From assembly GCA_000004695.1 (NCBI GenBank), contig CM000153.2, positions 4,768,001-4,832,000 on the forward strand: a DNA stretch of 64,000 nucleotides, given 5' to 3'. A model generated the notes under the pieces. The model was not told the origin of the DNA and did not search any database. It saw only the letters and a list, made by a program, of their open reading frames with translations. Origin of the DNA: Dictyostelium discoideum (lineage: Eukaryota). Made by a program: the position numbers and the translations under genes. Shown piece after piece: positions 53,341 through 64,000 of this stretch; the stretch's first letter is position 1, and every line of letters begins with the position of its first letter.

Positions 53341-53640
53341 TGTTTAATTTTACTCAACCAAACACTGCATCATTTTACTCAGTCCAACCCCACATTATTT
53401 TATAAAAAAAAAAAACAAAATATCTTCAGTAGTTTTTTTTTTTTCACAGATAATGATATCATTTTTATAAAATTAAAAATATATTATTGTTTAATTTTAC
53501 CCAATCCAACCCCACATCATTTTATAAAAAAAAAAAAGAACAAAATATCTTCGGTAGTTTTTTTTTTCACAAATAATATCATTTTGATAAAATTAAAATA
53601 AAAATATCTTCTTATGTTTTTTTTTTTACAAACAATAACA
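53341..53640. repeat. ~125-bp tandem repeat (~2.5 copies) between the sirtuin 3' end and the large-ORF 5' end
   Basis: Unit 'attattgtttaattttac(t/c)caa(c/t)c(aa)a…ccccacat(t/c)attttataaaaaaaaaa…caaaatatcttc(a/g)gtagtttttttt…cac(ag)a(t)aat(g)atatcattt(t/g)ataaaattaaaa' recurs at 53341, 53466 and partially at 53590. Confidence 0.7.
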
Positions 53641-53851
53641 TTTTCATAAAATCCCAAAAAAATTAAAAATTAAAAATAAAAAAAAACATTTTTTTGACCC
53701 AGATATTTATTTTTGAATTATTAGGATAATAACAAAAGATATTTTTTTGTTTTTTATTTTTTTTTTTTTTTATTTTTTTTTATACTTTAAAAAGCTTGTT
53801 TTTTTTTTTTTTTTTCATTCCAATTTTTTTTTTTACACTAAAGATTATAAA

Positions 53852-56800
53852 ATGAATTTACACACAAATAATAATAATAATAATAATAATTATGTAGATG
53901 AAAATCTATTTTGGAAAGTTTATAAAAATTTGTTTATTAGAAATTTAATATTTTATAAAATCATTTCAACAACAGTCATTTATAAATATGATGATGATGA
54001 TAGTCTTAGTAGTGGTAAATTTATTGTACCTTCTGATAGAGTACAATTTAAAAATATAATTTCTTTATCATGGATTGTTAAAAGAAATTTATGGTCATTA
54101 TTAAAGTATAAATTAATTAGTAATGAAGAATTAATTATAAAGAAAAAAGCAATAGAATTACTATTACAAGAATGTAAACATGATAAAGATTTATTAAAAC
54201 TAATCTATCAAAACAAGTATTATCAAATGAATCAAATCGATTTAATTTTAAATTCAATTAAACATTCAAATTTAATGGCATTAAAATTATTCATTGAAGA
54301 ATATAATTTACCGACAAATAATAATTCAATGGATATGGCATTAGAAATTGCAAGTAAACAATATTATAGAAATGAAGAAGAACAAAAACAATCATTTGAA
54401 GTTTTTCAATTTTTTTGGGAAAAGAAAAAAGATACTCTTCAATGCACTCAATCAGAGTTATTCAATCAAAATAGAAATTATAATGCATATATGTTACAAT
54501 TAATTTTAAATAATCCAAGTTTATATGGTGAATCTTTACAATCAAATAATAATAATAATAATAATAGTAGTAGTAATAATATTGGTTTAATGACATCAAG
54601 AGAATTTTTTAATCTTGCAGTTATGTCAGTAATACCTGAAAAAATTAAAATTGAATTACTTAATAGAGGATTCGTTAAAAATGAAAAAAGTATATATCGT
54701 GATGGTGATTATATTGCTAAAACAATTCAAAAGCAATCACCATATCTTCCAAAATCAATTTATAGTTATTTAGAAAAGAGTTATCAAAAGAATGAATTAT
54801 ATGAAAATCGTACCATTTCAGTTTTTTATTTTTTTAAAATATTAATTGAATATCCTGAAAAAGAAGATTCTCTTTCAATTTTAAAAGATTTCGTTAATGT
54901 AGCATACAAATTTACAGATTTAGAAATTAGATCATATAATACATTATCACTTAATCCAAATAGTTATAAAGCAGGTCAAAAAGTAGAAATTTTACAAGCT
55001 ATTTCAAGTTTTAATTTTACATTGAAAATTAAGATAATTGAGTCACTATTTCCAATTGATTCATTAACATTAGAATCTACACGATTCATTTTCGATAGAT
55101 TAAAATCTTCAATTGATAATGCTGGAACAATGAAACATGTTTCAAAGGCAGAATTAATTCCACAAAGTTTATATCATTTGAATATTATAAAAACAGCAGA
55201 TGTAGAATTACTTGACCAATTTTTAAATCACTTTCATTCAGATGCTGAAAGAAATTTAATATTTAAAATTGATGATGAAAATCCATTAAATAAAGATTAT
55301 TTCAAAGATTGCTCAATTCAAGATAGTGAAAAGATATCAAAATTCATTGACAAACTATCAAGTGTTAAAGAATTCAATTCAAATTCAAAATCATTTTTAA
55401 ATTGTTTAAAATCAAAACTTTTACCAATTTCGAGTGAATTATATATTTCAAGTTTATTAAAATTTAAAGAAACATCACGTAAACAAACCTATGTACACGC
55501 AAAAGTTTTAGATGAAACATTGTGTGATTTCTTTTCAGAAAAGAATAATTTTAAATCAAATTTAACATCATTTATTAAATTCATTAATTTTAGAAGTTTA
55601 TCAATTACATATCTCGTTGAAAAAGTTTTATTTTCCAATGATTTTGAACTTATAGAATTATTATTAAATACAATATGTAATAATAATAATAATTATGGCG
55701 CAGGTATTATAATGGTTCCAGTTTCATTTAAAACATCTAATCCTGACATAATTAAATTAATCATTTCGAAAAGTAATTGGCATAAATTATTTGATTTTAA
55801 AGGTTTAATCGATACAGTTATTAGTGATAGCAATGTTTGTAATATTAGTAATCCAAATACCGATTCTCAAACCATTGAATTAATTGAAACTGTTATTGAT
55901 TTTTTACATTCAAATAAAATTTATCAAAGAAATTCAAAAGAAGGATTTGGATTTGGATTTGGATTTGGAACAACGAATCAACAAGAAAATCACACTGAAA
56001 AAACAATAATTTCCAACGATGCAACAAAGATTGCACTTTTAAAAAAGAAATCCATTAAAATTTTACAACTTTTATTAAAATATAAAAATTTGTTTGATTG
56101 GGATTCACAATTATTTCCAAAACTTCCAAAATTACCAACAATTCAATTGGATGATGAAATACTTCCAAAATCAGATAAACCAATAATGTCAATTTATGAA
56201 CAACAAGAATTAGAAGACCAAGATTTATATCAATCTAGAAGAAGAAAGCCAAAAAATAAACATGGTGGTGGACGTGGTAGAAGAAGAATTGATACCTATA
56301 ATGACACTGCTTATGATGGCACCAATAACAACATTCCCTATATCGGTAGTATTGGTGGTAGTGTTTTTGCAAGTACTGAAGATTCAGTCAATGGTGGTGG
56401 TAGTGGTTTTTATAGTAGTAGTAGTAGTATTGGTAGTATTAGTAGTATTAGTAGTATTAGTAGTATTAGTAGTAGTAATAATAATAATGAATTAGGTAGT
56501 GATCAAAGTCAATTTATTCTAGGTGGTAATTTCACAGGTTTTAGTGGCAATTATCAGAGTAAAAGTAAAGATAAAAAAAAGATTAGAAATCTATACAATA
56601 CCAATTTCCTTGATAAATTTAAAACACATCAAGCTCAATCAATATTTGATACAATGGACCAATTATTCACTAGAAATTATACGTTTTCATTTGCATACAC
56701 GAGTGATAGTGTTTTTCAAGATTCAATATATCATTCAATAAAGAATAGAAGAATTGATGTAATTGAAAAATTAATAACTATTCAAATGTTTACAGATAAT

Positions 56801-57148
56801 CATGCAAAATTAATTTATTCAGATTTTTTAAAAAGAATTATTAGAAATGATGACGGTGTTGATTTAGTAACTTTTAAATACCTTTTTTCTCATAGATTCC
56901 TCAAGATATTCAGTACAGAGTTTTTACAAACAATGTCACAAGAATTATTAATTTGTGCTGTTTCAGAATGTTGTTTTCATCTTTGTCATTGGTTATTGTC
57001 AACAGATAATCCATGTAATGTATATGTTGAATTCTTGCCATTTAAAACGACCTACATTTTAAATGTCGAGAAAAAATTATCATATTGTGCATCACCAGTT
57101 TTCAAAGATTATATGATGAAAAAAATAAAACCTTTTATTAAATACTAA
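53852..57148 (+). CDS. Large (1099 aa) lineage-specific protein of unknown function; the founding full-length member of a locally multi-copy, fragmented family (see pseudogene features). Poly-N, GFGFGFG and (SIS)n low-complexity tracts.
   Basis: Uninterrupted ORF. Probable ATG at 53852 (MNLHTNNNNNNNNYVDE…); the track ORF starts upstream at 53747. No recognisable catalytic or transposase motifs by eye. Three partial copies lie elsewhere in the window. Confidence 0.6.
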   Translation: MNLHTNNNNNNNNYVDENLFWKVYKNLFIRNLIFYKIISTTVIYKYDDDDSLSSGKFIVPSDRVQFKNIISLSWIVKRNLWSLLKYKLISNEELIIKKKAIELLLQECKHDKDLLKLIYQNKYYQMNQIDLILNSIKHSNLMALKLFIEEYNLPTNNNSMDMALEIASKQYYRNEEEQKQSFEVFQFFWEKKKDTLQCTQSELFNQNRNYNAYMLQLILNNPSLYGESLQSNNNNNNNSSSNNIGLMTSREFFNLAVMSVIPEKIKIELLNRGFVKNEKSIYRDGDYIAKTIQKQSPYLPKSIYSYLEKSYQKNELYENRTISVFYFFKILIEYPEKEDSLSILKDFVNVAYKFTDLEIRSYNTLSLNPNSYKAGQKVEILQAISSFNFTLKIKIIESLFPIDSLTLESTRFIFDRLKSSIDNAGTMKHVSKAELIPQSLYHLNIIKTADVELLDQFLNHFHSDAERNLIFKIDDENPLNKDYFKDCSIQDSEKISKFIDKLSSVKEFNSNSKSFLNCLKSKLLPISSELYISSLLKFKETSRKQTYVHAKVLDETLCDFFSEKNNFKSNLTSFIKFINFRSLSITYLVEKVLFSNDFELIELLLNTICNNNNNYGAGIIMVPVSFKTSNPDIIKLIISKSNWHKLFDFKGLIDTVISDSNVCNISNPNTDSQTIELIETVIDFLHSNKIYQRNSKEGFGFGFGFGTTNQQENHTEKTIISNDATKIALLKKKSIKILQLLLKYKNLFDWDSQLFPKLPKLPTIQLDDEILPKSDKPIMSIYEQQELEDQDLYQSRRRKPKNKHGGGRGRRRIDTYNDTAYDGTNNNIPYIGSIGGSVFASTEDSVNGGGSGFYSSSSSIGSISSISSISSISSSNNNNELGSDQSQFILGGNFTGFSGNYQSKSKDKKKIRNLYNTNFLDKFKTHQAQSIFDTMDQLFTRNYTFSFAYTSDSVFQDSIYHSIKNRRIDVIEKLITIQMFTDNHAKLIYSDFLKRIIRNDDGVDLVTFKYLFSHRFLKIFSTEFLQTMSQELLICAVSECCFHLCHWLLSTDNPCNVYVEFLPFKTTYILNVEKKLSYCASPVFKDYMMKKIKPFIKY

Positions 57149-57227
57149 ATAACAAAATAAAAAATAAATCATAAAATAAAAAAAATTAAATAAATTTAAA
57201 ATACACGTAATATTATCCTCACACATT

Positions 57228-57268
<41 letters not shown>

Positions 57269-57284
57269 CAAAAAAATATATTTG

Positions 57285-57326
<42 letters not shown>

Positions 57327-57894
57327 ATTAGAAATTACAACAAAAACAACCATTTGAAATTTTTCAATATTAAGTTAAAAATTTTCTTGAGTATTGAAGT
57401 TAAAATATAATTTTTGTCACTGCCCAAAATATAATACTTTGTACAAAAAAAAAAAAATTTCACCCTTTCAAAACTGTTATATTTTAATAAAGATTGGTTT
57501 GTTTTGAAAATAATATTAAATTTTGGTCAAAAAAAAAAAAACTCATTAAAACGAAAGTTTTTTTTTTTTAAACCAAAAAAAAAAAAAAAAAAAAAATTAC
57601 TTATTGATTAATAATAGTTTATACATTAAAGGTAGGGATTTTTCACTGTAAAACTGGATAAAAAGTTTTTTGATTATCTATATCCAATTTTTTTTTTTTT
57701 TTTTAAAGCTATTGTTACTGCCATTTAAGATATTTGCAATCGTTTTTTTTTTTGCGTCATTGTGACCACTAAATCCATTTTCCATTTAATTCAAAAAAGT
57801 TTGCTAGGTAAATTAAAAATATAATGTTTAAAAAAATTAAATTGCATAGGAAATTTATTTTTAATGGAATTTTTTTATTTATTAAAAATCTATT

Positions 57895-58186
57895 TTAATA
57901 TTTATAATGGCATCTTGGTTCTGGACGACATGGTGGACATGGACGACAAATTGGACGTGGTGGTGGACATGGATGACAACTATTCCAATGGTGGCTACCC
58001 CATCCCGATGTTTCATTTGAACCAAATGAACCACTTGAACTACCAGTTTCAATTGATGAAACACTTGATTTCAAAGAACCAGTGCTTAATGATGATAATG
58101 ATGCTTTTAAAAATTATTTATTAATAAAATAATAAATTTAAATAATTTTTTTTTTTTTAGGAAAAAAACTTACAAAATAGGGTCAT
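57895..58186 (-). CDS. HssA/2C/7E-family-like small protein (73 aa) with a 13-nt first micro-exon and a Cys/Pro-rich C-terminus. complement(join(57895..58103,58174..58186))
   Basis: Exon 1 ATGACCCTATTTT|gtaagt. Exon 2 after acceptor ttttaaaag gives [73 protein letters not shown]. Same gene architecture and N-terminus as 44413..44787. The exon is the local GC-rich island 57900-58100. Confidence 0.5.
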
Positions 58187-58674
58187 TTTAAAATTTTAAT
58201 AGTTTCTTGTTTAAAAATTAGAGTTTGATTTAATATTTTTTTTTTCTAATTTGGTTACAATTTATAGTTTTTTTTTTTAAAAAAAAGAATAGAAAAACAA
58301 ATAATTTTTTAATTTTATTTTTTAAAATCATACTTTTTGTTTTTTCATTTTTATTTTTTTTTATATCAAAAAACACAATCTCCCCCCATTATATTTTTCT
58401 ATTTGACTTGTGAATTATTTATTCATAAATGATTACTTGTTATATTAATTATTATTATAAATGGGCCTTTGGATTTTGAAATATCAAGAATTCTTAAAAT
58501 AAAAAAGTCTTAAAAAAAAAAAAAAAAAATTTATGGCCACACCAAAAAAGATAATTTTTTTTTTTTTTTTAATCTCAATTGTTTTATTTCAATTTTTATT
58601 TTTAAAATATTATTGTAAAGGTTCACCTTCTCCAACACCGTATAAACTTGAATTATATCAAGATCCTATCATTT

Positions 58675-58770
58675 CAGTTTTTTATTTTTAAAATATTAAT
58701 AGAATATCCTGAAAAAGAAGATTCTCTTTCAATTTTAAAAGATTTCGTTAATATTTCATCCGAATTCCCA
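58675..58770 (+). pseudogene. Short (~95 bp) fragment copy of the large ORF 53852..57148 (region encoding FYFFKILIEYPEKEDSLSILKDFVNI).
   Basis: 'tcagttttttatttttaaaatattaatagaatatcctgaaaaagaagattctctttcaattttaaaagatttcgttaatatt' is >90% identical to 54818-54900. It shares the derived 'gttaatatt' state with the 46.3-kb fragment rather than with the full gene. Confidence 0.55.
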
Positions 58771-60017
58771 ATTTTGAAATTAGATTATATAACACTTTTC
58801 ACCGGAGAAAATACCTAAGAAATTTTACTATTTTGTGAGAAATTAAACTACCGCAAAAACTCATATTTTAAGAAACGACAGTATAATTTAATAAAATTTA
58901 AAACAAACTAATATCAATTTCTAATAAATATTTAATCACACTTTATTATTAAATTATCATAAAATAATAAAAAAGAATCTGGCCATAAAAAAAATATTAA
59001 TGTAAATTAAAAATTGATAAAATCTAATATTATTTAATAAAAATTGAATATTAATTTGTCATTAAATTATAAAAAATTTATTGATTTACAACAATTAATA
59101 GGAAATAATACTATTGTAATTTCTCATTTTTTAAAACATAAAACTATAGTTTAATATATGATATTATATATTATTAAAAACTTTAATAAAATAATAAAAA
59201 ATAAATAAAAAATATTAAAATATAAGAATTTTTATTTTTTTAAATAATTTTTTCCTTATTTATTATAAAAATTAATCAAAAAATAATATTATTTAGTGAA
59301 TAATAATAATTTAATAATCATTTATTTATAATTTAAATATTAAAAAAATACTAATAATAAAATTTATTAAATATTAATTAATAATTTTAAAATATGTTAA
59401 AAAAAAAGAAATTTTCTATATTACTAATTTTTTAAATAAAAAGAAATAATTAATATTAAAGCTATTTTGATTTAATTATTATTTGAAACTAACTAAATTT
59501 ATTGGACATTGTTGTGCCAAAAAAGCAAAATTATTTTTGTAAATTTTTTTTATTTTTTTTTTTTTATTTTTTTTTTTTTGTATCTTATTTTTATTAATTC
59601 AATTCCTATATTTTTTAAAAATAATAAAAATATATATAAATATTTTTTTTTTTTTAAAATTTATTATTTTTTATATAAAAAAAGATAAATTTTATTAATT
59701 TTATTATTTTATATCCTATTTTTTTGGGATTACATATATTTTAAATAAATATGTTGAATATTATAAAATTTTCCAATTTATAATTTATTTTATTATTTTT
59801 TAAACATCTTATTCTCCAAAAATTAAAATTGATTACTTAAATCACCAGTGATGATTTTCCATAAGATTCAAGATTTTTTTATATATTATATTTTAATAAA
59901 ATATCCTATTTTCTAATAATTATTATAATTATTTTTAAAAAAAAAATAACCCGAATATCTTTTAGTATTAATTAAATTTTAATAAAAAATGCTATTTATT
60001 TTTTTATAATAAGTTTG

Positions 60018-60109
<92 letters not shown>

Positions 60110-60110
60110 T
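60018..60110. repeat. (ATA)31 microsatellite abutting the 60.1-kb gene fragment
   Basis: Direct reading. Confidence 0.9.
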
Positions 60111-60130
60111 ATAGTTATAATAATAATAAA

Positions 60131-60605
60131 ACATTTACAGTTCCATTTTTATTAAACATCAAATCCTGAATTAATTATATTAATCATTTCAAATAGTGAT
60201 TGGCACCTATTCTTTGATTTTAAAAGTTTAATCGATACTGTTATTAATGATAGTATTGTTTGTAATGTTAATTGTAACACAGATTCTCAAACCATTGAAT
60301 TACTTGAAACTATTATTAATTTTTTACATTCAAAATTAAATGATCAAACGAAAACAAACAATTTTATTCAACTTAGGATTGGAACGATTTTATCATATGA
60401 AGCAACGAATACTGTATTTTTAAAAAAGAAATTAATTAATATTTTACAATTATTATTATTCCCAATTATTATTATTCCCAATTATTATTATTCCCAATTA
60501 TTATTATTCCCAATTATTTCCAGAACTTCCAATTTTACCAGCAATAAATTACCAAGAAAAAATAAAATTGAAACAAGATCCCTTTAAGAAGAAAATTAAA
60601 AAATA
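60131..60605 (+). pseudogene. Fragment copy of the C-terminal third of the large ORF 53852..57148 (region NPDIIKLIISKSNWHKLFDFKGLIDTVISDS…LLKKKSIKILQLLL), with an internal 4x tandem 16-bp repeat.
   Basis: Translation 'NPELIILIISNSDWHLFFDFKSLIDTVINDSIVCNVNCNTDSQTIELLETIINFLHSKLNDQTKTNNFIQLRIGTILSYEATNTVFLKKKLINILQLLL…' is colinear with 55730..56100. It sits immediately after an (ATA)31 microsatellite. It contains 'ttcccaattattatta' x4 (60463..60527). Confidence 0.55.
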
Positions 60606-60904
60606 AAACTATATAAAATAAAAATTATGAATAATAAAACTGATCAACAAAATTCAAATAATTAAAAATTATCTTTTTCAAGTTTAGCAGTTTTCAAACA
60701 ATATATGATTAAGAAATTAAATAATACATTATCATACCAAATAATTGGAAATTAATTAAATGGTAGATTTATATTCCAAAATCTGTAAAAATATATAATA
60801 TATTTATAACCAATCCCAAATTGAAATAGTTTTCAAAAACTATTTAAAAAATAAATAAAATTAACAAGTTATAAAAATAATAATTAATAAATTTTTTTTT
60901 TTAT

Positions 60905-63900
60905 TTAATGTTTGATTAAAGATCTTAAATATTGAGAGTTTTGAGTACCAGTTTCATCAATTAACCAATTGAATAAACTATTTTCATTTTGAGCCAATAT
61001 TGATGGTTTATTAAATTCGACGATTGAACCAGAATCTAAAACCATAATTCTATCACTTTCAACAATGGTGTTTAGTCTATGAGCGATTGTTAAAATGATT
61101 GCATCCTTAAACTTTTCACGAATAATTCTTTGAATTAATTCATCACTTAGAGAATCGACACTTGCTGTTGCTTCGTCGCATACTAAAATTTTAGGTTTCT
61201 TTAATAATGCACGACCAAGACCAATGAGTTGTTTTTGACCTTGTGACCAATTATCATTAACCCTAAGATCTAAACCCTCATCAGCGACCGATACCTTTTT
61301 AACATGTTCATATAACTGAATCTCTTTTAGGACATCCCATAACTCTGAATCTGTATGCTCTGATAAACTATCTAAATTACTTCTGAGAGTACCAGTGAAC
61401 ATTACTGGTTCTTGAGGGATAATAGCCAATTGACTACGTAAATCTTTTAAACCAATCTTTGATATATCAAGGCCATCAATGATAATTCTACCACTTGATA
61501 ACTCTACGATACGAAACAATGCCAACAATAAACTACTCTTACCACTACCTGTTCTACCACAAATTCCAATCTTTTCACCTGCTTTAATTTCAAATGAAAT
61601 ACCTTTCAATACTGCAGGTAAACCTTGACGATAACTCATTACAACATTTTCGAAAATGATGGGTGGAGTATGATTTGAATTTGTAAGTGATGGCCAACCC
61701 ATTGGTGGTCTATTTGATTCAATGATTTGATCGGGTTCCTGTGGTACATTTTCAGTGTAATAGCTAATTCTTTCGATAGAGTTCATTTTAGTTTCTAATT
61801 CTGCCAATTGTTGAGTTGCTTTATTTAAATTGGTTGTAAGACTAAGTGTATAACTAATTGATAAACCTACACTTGCAATTGCAATACTTGAACGATCGAC
61901 CGTAATAAAAATACAACTAAGGAGTGTAATTAAATTACCAAGTACACTTAAACGTAAACCTAACCATTGATTCATTGCTTGTAATGTTAAATAACATTTA
62001 TTATTATCATCCAACAATGCTTGATTCTTTAAAACATTTTCACCCATTTTTCTAAACGCTCTTAAAGTGATCACACCATTCAATGTCTCTGCAAAATGTG
62101 AGAAAATTGGTGATCTAGTAATTGATTCGATTCTTTGAATTTGAATTGAAGTTCTTCTATAAAAGTATTGAATAAAGTAGAATAAAATTATAATTGGTGT
62201 CATTGGTAATAATAACCAAGGTGTTGCTATCGATATGATTACTAAAATCGCTATACAATTGGTTGAAAAATTTAAAAATTGATTTAAAGAATTTGTTAAC
62301 AACATATCCACAATATCGGTATCTCTTGTAAATCTATTTAAAATACGTCCCAATGGTACAGTATCAAAGAACCACATTGGTGCTCTAAGAATTGACCAAA
62401 ATAATCTCTTATGAATTTCTGTTGTTGCTCTAATTGAATATTCAAAGAATACAATTGTACGAACAATAATTAATAAAACTGTAAGTACACCAATTGCAAT
62501 AAATACTCCAAGAAATTCACCTGCATTTTCAATATCACCATCTTCATTTATATTTAAACTACTTAAACTATCAATAATATAACTACTACTACTACTAATA
62601 CTATTACTACTACTACTATTATTATTATTAATACCTGTTGATGTATGTTTTGATGACCAATTACTTAACCACCAATTTGTAAATGTTGAAGTTGAAGTAT
62701 CAATACAATAACCAAGTAGTGCAATTAAAAATAAGAAACCACCACCAGCAGTTACATAATACATATAATGTTTAAAAGATACCGAACCTTCTTCTCTTTC
62801 TTCGATTGTTGTTAATTTACCATCGTAAAGATCATTGTTGTTTTCTTTTGATTTTATCATTTCATCATCAACGATTTCATCACTATCTTTATCACTATCA
62901 CCAGCCATGTGAGCATATTGTTTTAAAAGTTCGCTGAATAAACTACTATTACCATAAGCAGAATTGATTGTTGAAATTATATTTTCAAAGGTATCATATT
63001 GTTCGACTTCACCACCAGTTTTCAATATTAAAGTTTGAGTTGAATATGGACAATAGTTTAACTGATTCGTTGCTAATACTACTATTTTCTCCTTTAGAAT
63101 ACCTTTGATACAATTATAGAAAAGGTGTTTACCAACATGTGCATCGACAGCTGATAAAATATCATCTAAAATATAGATATCTGAATCAGAGTAAACTGCA
63201 CGTGCAATTGCGACACGTTGTTTTTGACCACCAGATAAATTAATACCACGTTCACCAATCTCAATAAGATCACCTTGTGGGAATAATGCAAGATCGGGTA
63301 AAAGTGCACAACAATTCAATACCATTTCATATCTCTCCTTATTATACTCTTTACCAAATAGAATATTATCCTTTAACGATGCATTCATAATCCATGCACT
63401 CTGTGAAACATATGCAATACTACCAACCACTCTTAAAGATCCATTATTCTCTAATTCCATCTCACCTAACAATGCTTGACAAAATGATGATTTACCACTA
63501 CCAACTGGTCCGATTACCATTAATAATGATCCTTTTTCTTTAACTTGACAACTTGTATTTTTTAATGAAAATGATACTTGAACTTCTTTTTTTTCATTAT
63601 TACTATTATTGCCACTAGGTGAACTTTTATCATTACTTGGTGTTGTTCTTGGTGGTGGTGGATTAGTTTGAGGTTTAATTGCCCAAGAAAAAGTAGTATT
63701 ATCCATATAAATCCCAATATCAGTTTGTTGTTGTTTTTGTTGATCACAAACATTAACATTAATTTCATTATTTTTATCATCACCTTGATTAATTTCATCC
63801 ATATTTAAAAAATTAACAACACGTTCAATTGAAACCTTAAATTGAATGTAAATATTATAACCATATGGTAAGAAAGTGAATGGAACACGAATAATATTTA

Positions 63901-64000
63901 AATATGCAACAGCTGCAAATATTTTATCCGCTGGTAATTTACTATTAACTAAATAATAAACTGTAAACATAAATATTGAAATAATTGTTGGAATTGATTG
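60905..64000 (-). CDS. ABC transporter, ABCC (MRP) subfamily; 3' portion only (NBD1, TMD2, NBD2). The 5' end lies beyond the window edge.
   Basis: NBD1 Walker A 'GPVGSGKSS', signature 'LSGGQKQRVAIARA', Walker B 'IYILDD'. NBD2 'GRTGSGKSSLLLALFR', 'NWSQGQKQLIGLGRALL', 'ILVCDEATASVD'. A long TMD2 lies between them. Stop at 60905. Confidence 0.85.
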   Translation of the reverse strand, partial: QSIPTIISIFMFTVYYLVNSKLPADKIFAAVAYLNIIRVPFTFLPYGYNIYIQFKVSIERVVNFLNMDEINQGDDKNNEINVNVCDQQKQQQTDIGIYMDNTTFSWAIKPQTNPPPPRTTPSNDKSSPSGNNSNNEKKEVQVSFSLKNTSCQVKEKGSLLMVIGPVGSGKSSFCQALLGEMELENNGSLRVVGSIAYVSQSAWIMNASLKDNILFGKEYNKERYEMVLNCCALLPDLALFPQGDLIEIGERGINLSGGQKQRVAIARAVYSDSDIYILDDILSAVDAHVGKHLFYNCIKGILKEKIVVLATNQLNYCPYSTQTLILKTGGEVEQYDTFENIISTINSAYGNSSLFSELLKQYAHMAGDSDKDSDEIVDDEMIKSKENNNDLYDGKLTTIEEREEGSVSFKHYMYYVTAGGGFLFLIALLGYCIDTSTSTFTNWWLSNWSSKHTSTGINNNNSSSSNSISSSSSYIIDSLSSLNINEDGDIENAGEFLGVFIAIGVLTVLLIIVRTIVFFEYSIRATTEIHKRLFWSILRAPMWFFDTVPLGRILNRFTRDTDIVDMLLTNSLNQFLNFSTNCIAILVIISIATPWLLLPMTPIIILFYFIQYFYRRTSIQIQRIESITRSPIFSHFAETLNGVITLRAFRKMGENVLKNQALLDDNNKCYLTLQAMNQWLGLRLSVLGNLITLLSCIFITVDRSSIAIASVGLSISYTLSLTTNLNKATQQLAELETKMNSIERISYYTENVPQEPDQIIESNRPPMGWPSLTNSNHTPPIIFENVVMSYRQGLPAVLKGISFEIKAGEKIGICGRTGSGKSSLLLALFRIVELSSGRIIIDGLDISKIGLKDLRSQLAIIPQEPVMFTGTLRSNLDSLSEHTDSELWDVLKEIQLYEHVKKVSVADEGLDLRVNDNWSQGQKQLIGLGRALLKKPKILVCDEATASVDSLSDELIQRIIREKFKDAIILTIAHRLNTIVESDRIMVLDSGSIVEFNKPSILAQNENSLFNWLIDETGTQNSQYLRSLIKH

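Noticed and set aside
57864-58124. Overlapping ORFs 57864..58124 (+) and 57882..58064 (-) over a GC-rich island
   Set aside because: Wrong-frame and antisense readings of exon 2 of the hssA-like gene (57895..58103, minus strand, in a different frame from the track ORF).

Overview
AT-rich (~75-80% A+T) eukaryotic nuclear DNA with the hallmarks of Dictyostelium discoideum: short AT-rich introns with GTAAGT/GTATGT donors and (T)nAG acceptors, micro-exons (ATG plus 3-4 codons), in-frame poly-Q/poly-N tracts encoded by (CAA)n/(AAT)n, and long homopolymer A/T intergenic stretches. There are no prokaryotic signatures (no operons, no CRISPR, no RBS logic), so the ORF track is only partly useful: many track ORFs start at TTG/GTG rather than ATG, and most true genes are spliced. 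I reconstructed exon structures by hand. The window holds about 25 protein-coding genes. Recognisable ones: a CaCA-type cation exchanger, a truncated NOG1-like GTPase, a class-C GPCR of the Dictyostelium Grl (GABA-B-like, Bmp-ectodomain) type, CstF-77, an FKBP-like/TPR protein, a three-gene saposin-like (amoebapore/Apl-type) cluster, Rab21 (5 exons), a LIN-9 (DIRP) DREAM-complex homologue with a ~45-residue poly-Q, a BSD-domain protein, peroxisomal acyl-CoA oxidase ending in SKL, an ankyrin-repeat sirtuin fusion, and the 3' half of an ABCC transporter that runs off the window. The main non-standard content is: (i) a thrice-repeated gene for a secreted two-domain protein with a variable TPTV linker, one copy carrying a 1-nt frameshift; (ii) a large 1099-aa ORF of a lineage-specific family with at least three dispersed truncated fragment copies nearby; (iii) two hssA/2C/7E-type micro-exon small genes next to those fragments; (iv) tandem HIG1-like small membrane protein genes; (v) several GC-containing palindromes and direct repeats in intergenic DNA. 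No tRNA, rRNA, CRISPR or clear transposase/RT ORF was found.
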